Source of the DNA: a virus
Strand: one strand, 5' to 3'
DNA: 64,000 nucleotides
Virus record (IMG/VR): IMGVR_UViG_3300008114_000013
How positions within the stretch are numbered: position 1 is the first letter of the stretch; each line of letters opens with the position of its first letter. Below the pieces are notes generated by a model. That model saw only the letters and a list, made by a program, of their open reading frames with translations, was not told the origin of the DNA and did not search any database. Shown piece after piece: positions 63,854-64,000 of the stretch. The translations under genes and the position numbers were made by a program.

Positions 63854-63927
63854 TGGACCAGATAGGACTCGAACCTATGACCTTCTCGTTATGAGCGAGC
63901 TGCGCTAACCAACTGCGCTACAAGTCC
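63854..63927 (-). tRNA. tRNA with CAT anticodon (probably Ile2, lysidine type; Met not excluded)
   Basis: GGACTTG acceptor; CTCATAA loop; GTTCGAGTC; G1-C72 pair, so not an initiator. Confidence 0.9.
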
Positions 63928-64000
63928 AATTATCATTTAATCTAACGATAAAATCTAATATCATATGTTTCAACGATTAATGCGGTGTTGGAGGTGAGAT

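Noticed and set aside
1-64000. Stop-codon recoding (TAG/TGA reassignment) as in some large phages
   Set aside because: Conserved genes (thyA, gp6, carbamoyltransferase, AAA) are full-length in the standard code, and no suppressor tRNA was seen.
63981-64000. Possible 3' end of another minus-strand tRNA at the window edge
   Set aside because: Only 20 nt are visible and the T-loop is not in the window, so it cannot be supported.

Overview
This is an AT-rich 64-kb segment of a large T4-like (myovirus-type) phage. The host is most likely Bacteroidota, given many TTG-N20-TAnnTTT(G/A) promoters, a lipoprotein with D-S/T-T glycosylation sequons, and no Shine-Dalgarno motifs at the starts I inspected. 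Almost all genes lie on the minus strand in the standard genetic code. Layout: 1-16 kb tail/baseplate module (gp25-, gp6-, gp5-like, DNRLRE and large wedge proteins). 16-23.5 kb carbamoyltransferase, gp55-like late sigma factor, peptide deformylase, UvsE, Hsp20 and HD hydrolase. 23.9-31.3 kb tailoring-enzyme cluster (radical SAM, three 2OG-Fe(II) oxygenases, two SGNH-like proteins, sulfotransferase-like, SIS) around a 765-aa protein made of a circularly permuted ATP-grasp-like domain plus three tandem Hint domains. 32-39.4 kb early-gene region with structured non-coding stretches. 40-46.5 kb DNA methylase, IscA, ThyA, MTA/SAH nucleosidase and APRT. 46.5-64 kb small early genes, a MoxR-AAA/vWA pair, tRNA-Ser, tRNA-CAT, an oversized tRNA-like RNA and an HNH nuclease. 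The two strongest candidates for undescribed systems are (i) the triple-Hint polyprotein, arranged so that it could excise thioester-activated peptides AP and LRPPS next to tailoring enzymes, and (ii) a ~650-bp gene-free array (38.76-39.39 kb) of host-protein-type binding sites (dif/XerCD site, five MraZ-like boxes, DtxR-like, BlaI-like and TGACA-N3-TGTCA palindromes) that may act as a DNA decoy. All calls come from reading motifs by eye; no searches or folding programs were run.
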